Source of the DNA: a virus
Reading direction: 5' to 3' (one strand)
Length of the DNA stretch: 64,000 nt
Virus record (IMG/VR): IMGVR_UViG_3300006751_000008
Coordinates: 2,363-66,362 of that record
In this document: piece after piece, positions 46,537 through 54,720 of the stretch
Numbering within the stretch: the first letter of the stretch is position 1
Layout of the letters: every line of letters starts with the position of its first letter
Program-made: the position numbers and the translations under genes
Notes under the pieces: generated by a model
Databases searched by the model: none
What the model saw: only the letters and a program-made list of their open reading frames with translations
What the model was told of the DNA's origin: nothing

Positions 46537-46577
46537 TCTGTAGGCGAAAACCTACAGATGTTCTGTAGGGTTGTCAA
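46537..46577 (-). promoter_or_regulatory. Sigma70-type promoter with overlapping palindromic operator
   Basis: TTGACA (46577-46572), 17 bp, TAGGTT (46554-46549); CCTACAGA-N3-TCTGTAGG palindrome plus a third half-site. Confidence 0.7.
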
Positions 46578-46762
46578 TATGTTGTTTCTTCGGGCTCTAT
46601 GGGCTCGTCTACGTCGGACTGGCTGTATCCCGTTAGTATCTCCGGGCGAAAGCCTGACAGTCTCTCTTTCCGGCACTTAGGGCAGACACGCGCCAAGGGT
46701 ATCCCTTGGGCGTCGTTCTCCCACCAACTGTTTTCTCCAGAGCCACAAGAACATGGTCTCAT
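46574..46762 (-). CDS. Small zinc-finger protein
   Basis: MRPCSCGSG...DAQGIPLARVCPKC; ATGA overlap with upstream gene. Confidence 0.7.
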   Translation of the reverse strand: MRPCSCGSGENSWWENDAQGIPLARVCPKCRKERLSGFRPEILTGYSQSDVDEPIEPEETTY

Positions 46763-46953
46763 TTTGACCCCCTGCGAACAGAGGCCTTGGGCCACTCCGA
46801 CAAATCGCTGGTATCCGCCCATTGCCGAATGGTTCCTCCATCTCGGGCGTCGTACCACTTGAGCAACGCTCGATCTCCGGTAGCGTTGAACTGAACAAGC
46901 CTAACCAGTTTGCTGTAAAACAGCACCGTAGTGTTGATCTTGAGGCGGTTCAT
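46759..46953 (-). CDS. Hypothetical 64-aa early protein
   Basis: GGAGG RBS; TAATG coupling. Confidence 0.7.
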   Translation of the reverse strand: MNRLKINTTVLFYSKLVRLVQFNATGDRALLKWYDARDGGTIRQWADTSDLSEWPKASVRRGSK

Positions 46954-47126
46954 TAGTTGACCTCCAGTTCAGCTTTACAACGGGTGCAAATGATAGCGGT
47001 CCAACCATTTAGAGCGACCGTGTGAACCTGCCCGCACTGCGGACAGGTCACGGAAGCAATGGTCACACCGGCTACCTCTCGGTGTTCGGTAATCTTTGCT
47101 TTGAGGCGGTTCATTAGTTGACCTCC
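46940..47126 (-). repeat. Identical 26-bp gene-junction repeat x2 (46940-46965, 47101-47126)
   Basis: GGAGGTCAACTAATGAACCGCCTCAA on the minus strand. Confidence 0.92.
46953..47114 (-). CDS. 53-aa zinc-ribbon protein (not in ORF track)
   Basis: MNRLKAKITEHREVAGVTIASVTCPQCGQVHTVALNGWTAIICTRCKAELEVN; GGAGG RBS. Confidence 0.75.
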   Translation of the reverse strand: MNRLKAKITEHREVAGVTIASVTCPQCGQVHTVALNGWTAIICTRCKAELEVN

Positions 47127-47413
47127 CGTGCTGCGATCTCTCGTTCTTCTTGAACTCTCCCGATGATCGCGTTGACTTGCTCTAGGAGGCGTTCTCGGTT
47201 GCCTTTGATTCCCAGCATGTTGCGGGCCATGGTAGTAGCGGCGGGCAGGTGGCGGCTAAACTTGATGCCGTGTGCCTGTAGCTCAAGGGCCTGCTTCAGG
47301 CTGATAAGTTGCATCATGCCGATAGCCTCTCCGGTAAGTACCGTACACCCTGTGGTACTAACGTGGATGCCTGCTTCTACTTTCGCGCCGTCTAGGTTCT
47401 TCAGATTGTTCAT
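47114..47413 (-). CDS. Hypothetical early protein
   Basis: ~99 aa from ATG 47413 with AAGGA RBS, downstream of a promoter. Confidence 0.7.
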   Translation of the reverse strand: MNNLKNLDGAKVEAGIHVSTTGCTVLTGEAIGMMQLISLKQALELQAHGIKFSRHLPAATTMARNMLGIKGNRERLLEQVNAIIGRVQEEREIAAREVN

Positions 47414-47456
47414 GTCGTTGTCCTTGTTCAAGTTGTTGTCGTTGTCTACATTCAGA

Positions 47457-47485
47457 AAGGTAGTCGATTACAGTTTACCTGTCAA
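47457..47485 (-). promoter_or_regulatory. Sigma70-type early promoter, copy 1
   Basis: TTGACA, 17 bp, TACCTT; 34/37 identical to the copy at 49008-49044. Confidence 0.75.
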
Positions 47486-48073
47486 CCTCCTTTTTAGAGG
47501 GGCCAGTTGTCCGGTGTCCATTGCCTTCTTTAACCACATAGTGGCGAGCATCGTAGCGTGCTCGTCTGGTAGGTAAGCGGCTCCGGGCATAACACGGTCC
47601 ACATAGGGCTTGTCTCCCCAGAGAAAGGACGGCGGGTTAGGCATATCCCAAGACAAGCCAGAACACTCTAGCGTCTGCTTAGGAAGATACTGTACCGTCA
47701 TATCTACCACCTCCCCCGTCAAAGGGTTCGCGCTCCAACAGTGCATTTCTGGCATGACGTACTCAAAGCCCGATTCCGTCTCTGCCTCTCCAAGAACACC
47801 CTCGGTCGCTCGTATAACGTCCGGGTGGGTGCTGTCCCACTCATAACCGAAGTGGGTGTTCTCTACGTCCTCCAGTCCGTGCATCGGGCGGCGTTGCCAG
47901 AAGGCTGATCCGGCTTGCGGTACCAATCGGATGCCTCGCATGTGTGCAGCAGCGCACACAAACACCATCCAGTAGAGGCAGGCGGCATGTTCGGGGCCTC
48001 CTGGCTGCATGTACTTGGAAAACATCTTCTTAGCGTCACGAATGATCTTTCTCTTTGTTGTTCGGTCTCTCAT
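47468..48073 (-). CDS. Hypothetical protein, possible transglutaminase/papain-like Cys-His-Asp fold
   Basis: AACLYW...QAGS...MHCW...VVDMT; AGGAG RBS. Confidence 0.55.
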   Translation of the reverse strand: MRDRTTKRKIIRDAKKMFSKYMQPGGPEHAACLYWMVFVCAAAHMRGIRLVPQAGSAFWQRRPMHGLEDVENTHFGYEWDSTHPDVIRATEGVLGEAETESGFEYVMPEMHCWSANPLTGEVVDMTVQYLPKQTLECSGLSWDMPNPPSFLWGDKPYVDRVMPGAAYLPDEHATMLATMWLKKAMDTGQLAPLKRRLTGKL

Positions 48074-48083
48074 TACATTTCTC

Positions 48084-49007
48084 CTATTTGTTGCTCATGG
48101 CCTTGAGACAGCGCGTACACGTCACAAGCCCAGCATTAGTGGTGCTGTGGGCTACCTCGTAGGGGAACTTCATCCAGTTGCAGCCGATGCGCTTGCGTTT
48201 TGGCGTCTCGTAGACCATGTGGACGCACTTCTTCTTGCCGTGAGGGATTCCCCAAGAAGGGTTTTCCTTGTGGTGCGCGATAGCGGCCACAACGGCCTTC
48301 CGTTGGGTCTTGAGGTTAGCGATTGATGTCGTGATGCTCTTGACGACTTCAAGACGCCGCGCCTCGTAAGAAGGGAGGGTTACGTGCGGCTCGTATATGT
48401 AGCGGTCGGGGAGAGGTTCGCAGGTGACTTGCGGCGGATTGGTGTCGTCTGCATCGACATTAACGGCTCGGACAAGCGTGCCCTCAAAACCGCGAGGAAT
48501 GTCCGTATTGAAGTCGATGCAGGACTGTAGGCGTCCATATTTGCCGAACGTGCGTTGGATGCGCTCGGTAGAGACGCCTTGAGCAGAGAGGAACTCCTCT
48601 ATTATTTCCTGGCGAATACGCTCCCACCTGTTACGGGACAGTTGCAGGGTATGGGTCCAGGCGTACACGTCGGCTCCTTTCTCGTGTGCTACAAGCTCCT
48701 CCTCTAGCCGGACCAAGGTCTCGTCCATACGTGCGATGATAATGAGGCCAGACAGGTCGGTCTCCTCAAGCGGGCGGGTACCCCAGCCCCAGCACTCCCC
48801 CCACTGCCAACCGTTGCCGTAGGAGCCTGCTCGTCGTCCGGTCTCTTTCCATCCGTGGCGTACAAGAGATCCGTCTTTGCGGACGTTGAAAGTCTTGAGG
48901 CAGCAGGCACAGGTTCCACGTCGGGTCGGGTCGAGGGCCTTGCGGGTGTAGGTAGCAGTCATTTCGGAAGTCATCGTTGCCGTCCTTGTTGGTGTCGCGT
49001 TGTCCAT
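48084..49007 (-). CDS. Early protein with N- and C-terminal Zn-binding motifs
   Basis: GTCACC...HG...ECWG and H...C...VTCTRC; alternative start ATG 48974 with AAGGA. Confidence 0.7.
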   Translation of the reverse strand: MDNATPTRTATMTSEMTATYTRKALDPTRRGTCACCLKTFNVRKDGSLVRHGWKETGRRAGSYGNGWQWGECWGWGTRPLEETDLSGLIIIARMDETLVRLEEELVAHEKGADVYAWTHTLQLSRNRWERIRQEIIEEFLSAQGVSTERIQRTFGKYGRLQSCIDFNTDIPRGFEGTLVRAVNVDADDTNPPQVTCEPLPDRYIYEPHVTLPSYEARRLEVVKSITTSIANLKTQRKAVVAAIAHHKENPSWGIPHGKKKCVHMVYETPKRKRIGCNWMKFPYEVAHSTTNAGLVTCTRCLKAMSNK

Positions 49008-49014
49008 ATTCAGG

Positions 49015-49055
49015 AAGGTATTCGATTACAGATTACCTGTCAACAATAAAAAACA
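49015..49055 (-). promoter_or_regulatory. Sigma70-type early promoter, copy 2, with AT-rich upstream element
   Basis: TTGACA (49043-49038), 17 bp, TACCTT (49020-49015); T-tract upstream. Confidence 0.78.
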
Positions 49056-49136
49056 CCTCAAAAACTTGATAAACCCTAAAACCGTGCCATTCTCCTATGT
49101 AACAACCTCGCCATGTAGCGAATAAGGAGATTACCA

Positions 49137-49331
49137 ATGACCTCAGAAAAACGACAAAATACTGCTGTAAACAATCCATCTCGTAGAGAATGCGTGCTCT
49201 CTTACGTCGGAAAAGCGGCCTTTATGACTCACTGGTTTGCAGCCTACGCGGCTAAGTTCGGGCCTTCCGCTACTCTTGGCGATGTCCGTCTGTGGCTCCG
49301 GGAGAAGCGGGGACCGGCTCGTCTTCGTTAG
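49137..49331 (+). CDS. Hypothetical 64-aa protein (divergent)
   Basis: AAGGAG 7 nt before ATG; lies in an otherwise empty gap. Confidence 0.5.
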   Translation: MTSEKRQNTAVNNPSRRECVLSYVGKAAFMTHWFAAYAAKFGPSATLGDVRLWLREKRGPARLR

Positions 49332-49653
49332 TAGGGTCGGGCGTGGGGTCGATGTTGTCCGGTAGGTTCAATGTCATTCCCCACTGTCCCCACCTTCTTA
49401 CCTCCGACAACCTCAGTTGTGCAGGCTGTCCCATGTGTTCCGTCAAGTAGACTAAAGTCTCCTCGAATGTGTCGAAGACTGGTATCTGTTGGTTGTCGGT
49501 TGCTTCTACCAGTCTTTCTGGTATCTCGTCGCACTCGAACACAGCGCATACGTTGGAAGCATGTTCCGTGACAAACTTCATCGTAAGAACGGGCGGGTTT
49601 GTCCGGGTCATAGAGTTGCGGCAATACAGTACGACTAACACTGGATCTTTCAT
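49270..49653 (-). CDS. Hypothetical protein
   Basis: Likely start ATG 49653 overlapping the upstream TGA. Confidence 0.6.
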   Translation of the reverse strand: MKDPVLVVLYCRNSMTRTNPPVLTMKFVTEHASNVCAVFECDEIPERLVEATDNQQIPVFDTFEETLVYLTEHMGQPAQLRLSEVRRWGQWGMTLNLPDNIDPTPDPTNEDEPVPASPGATDGHRQE

Positions 49654-50060
49654 TGGACCCCTGTCGGTGAGTTGCACCATCCAAGCATTAGGGTCTCTGT
49701 CGATACAAGTGTGGCCTCTGCTCTGTCTAGGTGGGCTATCAAGTTGTCGTGGTGTTCGGCTCTTTGTGTTGCACTCGCTCCATTCAGTAACACCAGAAGA
49801 CGGATAGCCCCTCCCATACACAGAGAAGCGTCCATAGAAAGCGTATCAACCATCGTCACCAGTTGTTCTGTCGAGTCCATGTCCGTTGTTCGGCTCAAGA
49901 CTGTGTTCATTCCAGCCATCGTTGTGCAATGGATGTCTCGTAGGGCTGCTGCTAGATAGCAAGCTGCGTCTGCTGCGTGAACCGGCGATTCCTCAGTCTC
50001 TTCTTTCATCCGGTTGGCTGCTTGTTTCGCTTTCCTTACCGCTTCCTTTAGTTCTTGCAT
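49650..50060 (-). CDS. Hypothetical helical protein
   Basis: 136 aa; GAGGAG RBS. Confidence 0.65.
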   Translation of the reverse strand: MQELKEAVRKAKQAANRMKEETEESPVHAADAACYLAAALRDIHCTTMAGMNTVLSRTTDMDSTEQLVTMVDTLSMDASLCMGGAIRLLVLLNGASATQRAEHHDNLIAHLDRAEATLVSTETLMLGWCNSPTGVQ

Positions 50061-50187
50061 CTAGCTCCTCTTTGGCTCCTCTTAGTTCGGATATCAACCA
50101 ATCCAGGTACCCTTCGCTCTTAGCGTCCGGTTTGCCCTTGGCTTCCTGTAGTTCCGCTATCGCCTTGTCGATGTCTTCAGGCCTCAC
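49993..50187 (-). CDS. Hypothetical 64-aa protein
   Basis: GTG start overlapping the polymerase end; overlaps next gene by 68 nt. Confidence 0.45.
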   Translation of the reverse strand: MRPEDIDKAIAELQEAKGKPDAKSEGYLDWLISELRGAKEELDARTKGSGKESETSSQPDERRD

Positions 50188-52039
50188 TGCTTGGTTCCCA
50201 CAACACGAGTTTCCCGTCTACATAAACAGGTTCGGCCTCTTTGTACCACCTATTCATAAGGTGGGCCTCTGCTTGAACGGGGATGTTGGGGAGATACCGT
50301 TTCATCTGTTCCACCATCACGGTAGAGAGTCTCTCTGCTGCTTCTGCTGCTTTGTCTGCTTTGGCCTCAAGGATGATCTCGTCGTGGACAAAGATAACAG
50401 GCCTAGTCCCGTACAGGGCAGAGTCTGGGTCTGTGTAGCTTTCCCGTACCACCTCAACTAAAGCGGCCTTCGCTCCGTCCGCTGTCAGTCCTTGGAAGTA
50501 GGTGTTGCATGCGCTCGTGAAGTGTACGTTACCCCTCAGACGGTTAGAGACCCACTGTTTGACGGTGTAGCTTCCTCCGTTCTGGTTACACCTCTCCCCG
50601 ATGTCTCGAAAGTATCTGCTCATTTCTGGGTATCTGTTCAACCATAAGGTTTTCAAGTCCTTGGCTTCTGCAATGGTTAGCCCTACACCATAGGTGTCCT
50701 TAGCAAAGCTACAGAAAGACTCTGGACCAAGACCTCCCGGAAAACCAAACGAACATGCCTTAGCAAGCTGCCTCGCCTCCTTCAGTTCCTTGTCTCCTGC
50801 CTTGTAGCGTGTCACAGCCTGTTCGTAGTCGATGCCAAGGATTGCGGAAGCCATTTCTAGGTGAAGTTCTCTGCCTGCCTGAAGAGCCTCCGCCATGGCA
50901 GAAGCTCCGTACATAAAGAGAAGAACTTGGGCCAAAGAGCAAAGCTCTGCAATGTGGTAGTCCGCACAGACATATACGTGCCCCTCTCTTGGTACGAAGG
51001 CCTCTCGAACTCCCCCGTAGCGCGGCTGATTCTGCACGTTCGGCTTGCTTGCGCTCGTCCTGCCGCTGTCTACAAGGCTATACCGTGCGTTGATCGGTCT
51101 GTCTGTTCCTGATCTCAGGATAGGTATGTAGGTAGACAGTAGTTTCTGTTCAGCACTAATCGCTGCGAGTAGCTGAAGATCTGGGTTGTTGCTACCTTCC
51201 AGGACAGCAGTAGAAGTCCCCACGGACCCTTTCGCTGTCTTTGGTGGGTTGCCACCATACGCCAGTGTGATAAGCTCCCTGACCCTCTTCAAGTCCTTTG
51301 TACCGTTTGCACGGTATATCCCGGCTCTCTGTAGTTTCACAAGTGTGTTGCTTACACGTTGTCGTAGAGACACCTCCAAAGAGTCCACCGCCTTAGAGTC
51401 CGTGCGTATCCCCCACGCGCTTATAAGGTGTAGCGCATAGTCCGCGATACATTGGGCGTCGATGTCTGGCAAGTCGGCACAGCCTCCAAACATGCTGTCT
51501 CCCATTAGGCTCTTGTAGACTCTCCACGTATATACAGCATCTAAAAGTGCGTAGTTGTAGGCTGCTTCCGGGTACTCGTGTACGCTCAATCCATCAAGTT
51601 CGTGGTATCGAAGTCTCCACACGTCTTCTCCGTGCTTGCCCTCCACCGTTTCTTTCAGGTGCTCTTCTACCAAGTGCGCGAGGCTGTACTTCGGCCTCTT
51701 CCCTGTGTGATCTCCTTTAGTCCATCCTAGCGCGATGTTTCGGAGTATCTGGATGATTCGGGTGCATCGGATACGGCCTGCTCGATACTCGTTCCAGACA
51801 AGAGAATGGTCTACGCCTGCGTTGACAAAGACAGCGATGTCGAAAGCCACGTTGTGGCCTACTATCGTTACGTCCGGGTCTTCTAGTAGCTTTGTGAAGT
51901 GCTCCACTGCCGCACCTCCTGCTACGAGTACACGGCTACCGCCTACTACCCCTTCGGCAAAGCTGGCGCATACGAGTTTAGGTGCCAAGCGTCCGGGCTC
52001 GATTAGATAGGTCTCTGTGTCGAATGCTACGATTCGCAT
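50177..52039 (-). CDS. polA: DNA polymerase family A (3'-5' exonuclease + polymerase)
   Basis: ExoI DTET, ExoII GHNVAFD, ExoIII YALLD; SGRTS..PNVQN; motif A ADYHIAEL; motif B RQLAKACSFGFPGG; motif C VHDE; AAGGAG RBS at ATG 52039. Confidence 0.95.
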   Translation of the reverse strand: MRIVAFDTETYLIEPGRLAPKLVCASFAEGVVGGSRVLVAGGAAVEHFTKLLEDPDVTIVGHNVAFDIAVFVNAGVDHSLVWNEYRAGRIRCTRIIQILRNIALGWTKGDHTGKRPKYSLAHLVEEHLKETVEGKHGEDVWRLRYHELDGLSVHEYPEAAYNYALLDAVYTWRVYKSLMGDSMFGGCADLPDIDAQCIADYALHLISAWGIRTDSKAVDSLEVSLRQRVSNTLVKLQRAGIYRANGTKDLKRVRELITLAYGGNPPKTAKGSVGTSTAVLEGSNNPDLQLLAAISAEQKLLSTYIPILRSGTDRPINARYSLVDSGRTSASKPNVQNQPRYGGVREAFVPREGHVYVCADYHIAELCSLAQVLLFMYGASAMAEALQAGRELHLEMASAILGIDYEQAVTRYKAGDKELKEARQLAKACSFGFPGGLGPESFCSFAKDTYGVGLTIAEAKDLKTLWLNRYPEMSRYFRDIGERCNQNGGSYTVKQWVSNRLRGNVHFTSACNTYFQGLTADGAKAALVEVVRESYTDPDSALYGTRPVIFVHDEIILEAKADKAAEAAERLSTVMVEQMKRYLPNIPVQAEAHLMNRWYKEAEPVYVDGKLVLWEPSSEA

Positions 52040-52144
52040 GTCTGTTCTCCTTGTCCTTGTTCTTGTCGAAAGGTGTGGGCCTCTCACCCACTCGGGCGTT
52101 GTTCGTCGCGTGTGTTCGACGGCTACGCCTAGCCGTCAACAATC

Positions 52145-52579
52145 TCAGTCGTCTGCGACCGCGCTCCAGTCTACCTTGGTGAAGTCCTTACCGGCTTTGG
52201 TCTTCACTGTGTAGGCGTCCGCGATCACCACTACCCCGTTGGCTGGTTGGTTGGCACCAACCAGTTCCTCCATGACCTCCTGAGTAATGTCTCCGCCTGT
52301 GGCTCCCGGCGTAAGGGACTGCGCGAATGCGCTAATGTTTCCCAAGGCGGAAGCCTGCTGCATGTCAACAAGCCAGTCCACACGGCTACCCGGCGTGAAC
52401 TCGGTGTTGTCGGTGTTGGTCTCGTGGACCTTGAACTCTGCGGCGAAGTAGCTGCGGCCTGCCTGTTTGGTTGAAGTAAAGGCCTTTAGTTGTGTGACCT
52501 CTAGTTTCCAACGTCCAGGAACGATGTACCGTCCGCCTTTGTAAGATTCTGCGTCTTTAATACCTGCGAAAATGCTCAT
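52145..52579 (-). CDS. Putative single-stranded DNA-binding protein
   Basis: OB-like beta protein in the replication module with acidic end; GRYIVPGRWKLEV. Confidence 0.55.
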   Translation of the reverse strand: MSIFAGIKDAESYKGGRYIVPGRWKLEVTQLKAFTSTKQAGRSYFAAEFKVHETNTDNTEFTPGSRVDWLVDMQQASALGNISAFAQSLTPGATGGDITQEVMEELVGANQPANGVVVIADAYTVKTKAGKDFTKVDWSAVADD

Positions 52580-52902
52580 TATTTCAGTCTCCTTGTTCTT
52601 GAGCTAGTTCTTGTTACAGAGAGTAGGGCGTAGCCAAGGATGTCCTGCCAAGGGCTTTCGTCCATAGCATCTACCTTCCCCTCTGCGTTAGCGATTCGGA
52701 CCAGTTTATCCAGTACCCGAATCATTGCAAGTGCATCCTGATAGGCCCCATTAGGAATCCCATCAGGATACAAGATGGAGACAATCTCACCTACCTTGGT
52801 GAAACTGTCTCCGTACACATTGCGTTTCTCCGTCACTAGAAGCGCAATCTGTTCGGCGGCTTCTAGCAGTTCGCTATCAGCCTTTGTTCGTGGTTCGTTC
52901 AT
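52579..52902 (-). CDS. All-alpha NTP pyrophosphatase-like (MazG / Nmad1-like) protein
   Basis: EKRNVYGDSF...DKLVRI...ESPWQDILGYALL. Confidence 0.7.
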   Translation of the reverse strand: MNEPRTKADSELLEAAEQIALLVTEKRNVYGDSFTKVGEIVSILYPDGIPNGAYQDALAMIRVLDKLVRIANAEGKVDAMDESPWQDILGYALLSVTRTSSRTRRLK

Positions 52903-52903
52903 A

Positions 52904-54700
52904 TTAGACTTCTCTCGTTGCATAAAGCAGTTTCTGTCTGTTGCCGCTGGTTCCCTGGATGTATCGTGCATCCCTGTCGGCTTTGTTCATTGCATCGATG
53001 AAGGATTCTGTGTGTACGAAGACGCTACAATGTACTTCGTCCGCCTTCTGGCCTAGTCGATGCAATCGACCAAGTAGCTGCTCCCAAGTCTTACCACTCG
53101 ATGGTGGGGAGATCACCAGTTGGTTAGACCATGCTTGCAGGTTCTTCCCTACCCCGTGCGCGTTGATACTCATACCGCAAGTCTCTGCGACTCTGGGCAT
53201 TTCTGCCCCTGCTCCATAGACCGGCATATACTTAGACAAAGCCGATCCAACGGCCTTCGTGTCATACCACAAGATAACGGGCTCTGTCTGCTTCTCTGCC
53301 CACTCTACGGCCTCTTTGATCAAATAGTCGTCCAACCATATCGCTAGTGTGGGCGGTGCCTTCTTGTGCTTCTGGGAGACCCAATCGGCGTAGGCACTGT
53401 GTATGCCGAAACGAGGCTGACCGCTTTCGTACTCTCGTTTGATTCGGTTGAAGACTAATAGCGGGCTGTCGTACCCTTCAACGGCGTTGTTGTTCAGTTC
53501 GGCTCTAATGTATCGGTGCCACCTTCGTCTAGCCTGTAGCCACACTGTGTCCGGCTCTCCTGACCAATCCCATATGTAGTAGAACCCTTGGCTTATATGC
53601 CTTGCTACTCTCCACATAGCTGCATCGTCCTCTATCGGCTCGCCTGCTGGGTCTTCGTCCCTTTCAGATAGGACAGAAAGGGCGTTGTCCACTATTTCCG
53701 GTAGTCTCGGCTGTAGCGTGTACAGGTTCAAAGAACACTGCACAGAAGTGTCCCCCGTAGCTACTACGCCTTCCGCGTTCAGTAGTCTGTCTCGGAAGGC
53801 GTCCCGGATGATCTGGCGACGTTCTCTATAGGTGTAGCTTCCGGGCTCTGGCCGTACTCCATCGGTCACCTTCTCGTAGTAGTTCCAAAGCGGGTATGTA
53901 AGCCTCCAATGGTTTTGGTCCGGTCTACCATCTACGTCGATACACTCGCACCATGCCTCTAGGTGGTACCTGTCTCGTGGAAGCGGGGCCTTCTCTCTCA
54001 AGGCTAGGTCTGCCAAGTGTGAAAAGTCCTTGAGGCTCTTAGATGTCATGGTTCCGCTTAGGGCCACGAACCGCACCTCTGGGTTCTCTTGGAAGAATCG
54101 AATGATGCGCTTCGTTCGTGCTGCCTCTTTGCGTTTTATCCTGTGGGCCTCGTCTGCGACAATCAGGACACGCGAAGGGTCTAGGTCTTTGATCAAACGA
54201 GGTAGAAGGTCTGTGTTCTTCGGCTGCGATAGCTGTGCATAGGAATAGATTCGGAGTTCTGGTAGTCGCCAGTGCTTTGCCATTACGGCATGCTGCTGCC
54301 AAAGCTGACCCACGGTAGACGCGGGTGCGAGAATGATGGTCAGTTGCGTGTTCATTACCGTACCGGCTAAGAGTGCCACCAACGTCTTCCCGTGACCTAC
54401 TCCAATAGGTGCCAACAATCCCCGGCAGTCTCTAAGCTCTTGGAGTGCTTGAGACTGTATCTGTCTGAGTCGCATAGTCCCGGAAGGGGTTCGTAGCTCT
54501 TGAGTGAGGTCTGTACCCCACTCAAGAGTACGACGAGGAAGGGAGATCGCCCGGAGAGTCTCTGTTCTGTCAGAGCCCTTCTTTTTGGGGGTAGCCTTTA
54601 GACGGGCTAGGAAAGACTCCCCGCTCTCCGGGCGATCTCCGACAACGGCGTTAGCCTGTTGCCGGTCTCTATGCTTTCGCAGCTTGTCTAGTAAGTCCAC
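52904..54700 (-). CDS. SF2 (SNF2-like) DNA helicase
   Basis: GVGHGKT, DEAH, LSGT, EQLLGRLHRLGQ; likely GTG start at 54700. Confidence 0.9.
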   Translation of the reverse strand: MDLLDKLRKHRDRQQANAVVGDRPESGESFLARLKATPKKKGSDRTETLRAISLPRRTLEWGTDLTQELRTPSGTMRLRQIQSQALQELRDCRGLLAPIGVGHGKTLVALLAGTVMNTQLTIILAPASTVGQLWQQHAVMAKHWRLPELRIYSYAQLSQPKNTDLLPRLIKDLDPSRVLIVADEAHRIKRKEAARTKRIIRFFQENPEVRFVALSGTMTSKSLKDFSHLADLALREKAPLPRDRYHLEAWCECIDVDGRPDQNHWRLTYPLWNYYEKVTDGVRPEPGSYTYRERRQIIRDAFRDRLLNAEGVVATGDTSVQCSLNLYTLQPRLPEIVDNALSVLSERDEDPAGEPIEDDAAMWRVARHISQGFYYIWDWSGEPDTVWLQARRRWHRYIRAELNNNAVEGYDSPLLVFNRIKREYESGQPRFGIHSAYADWVSQKHKKAPPTLAIWLDDYLIKEAVEWAEKQTEPVILWYDTKAVGSALSKYMPVYGAGAEMPRVAETCGMSINAHGVGKNLQAWSNQLVISPPSSGKTWEQLLGRLHRLGQKADEVHCSVFVHTESFIDAMNKADRDARYIQGTSGNRQKLLYATREV

Positions 54701-54720
54701 AAGTTCCCCCAAAGGTTGCG

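Noticed and set aside
46940-47126. 26-bp repeats as a mini CRISPR array
   Set aside because: Only two copies, the intervening 135 bp is a coding ORF, and the repeat is an RBS-stop-start junction; the Cas4-like gene is a common stand-alone phage nuclease
52118-52137. GACGGCTA/TAGCCGTC hairpin between SSB and polymerase as a terminator
   Set aside because: No U-tract follows on the minus strand; it may be a stability element but support is insufficient
50177-52902. Definite 2-aminoadenine (Z) genome
   Set aside because: No PurZ or DatZ-like gene is visible, and a probable adenine MTase is present; kept only as a weak hypothesis
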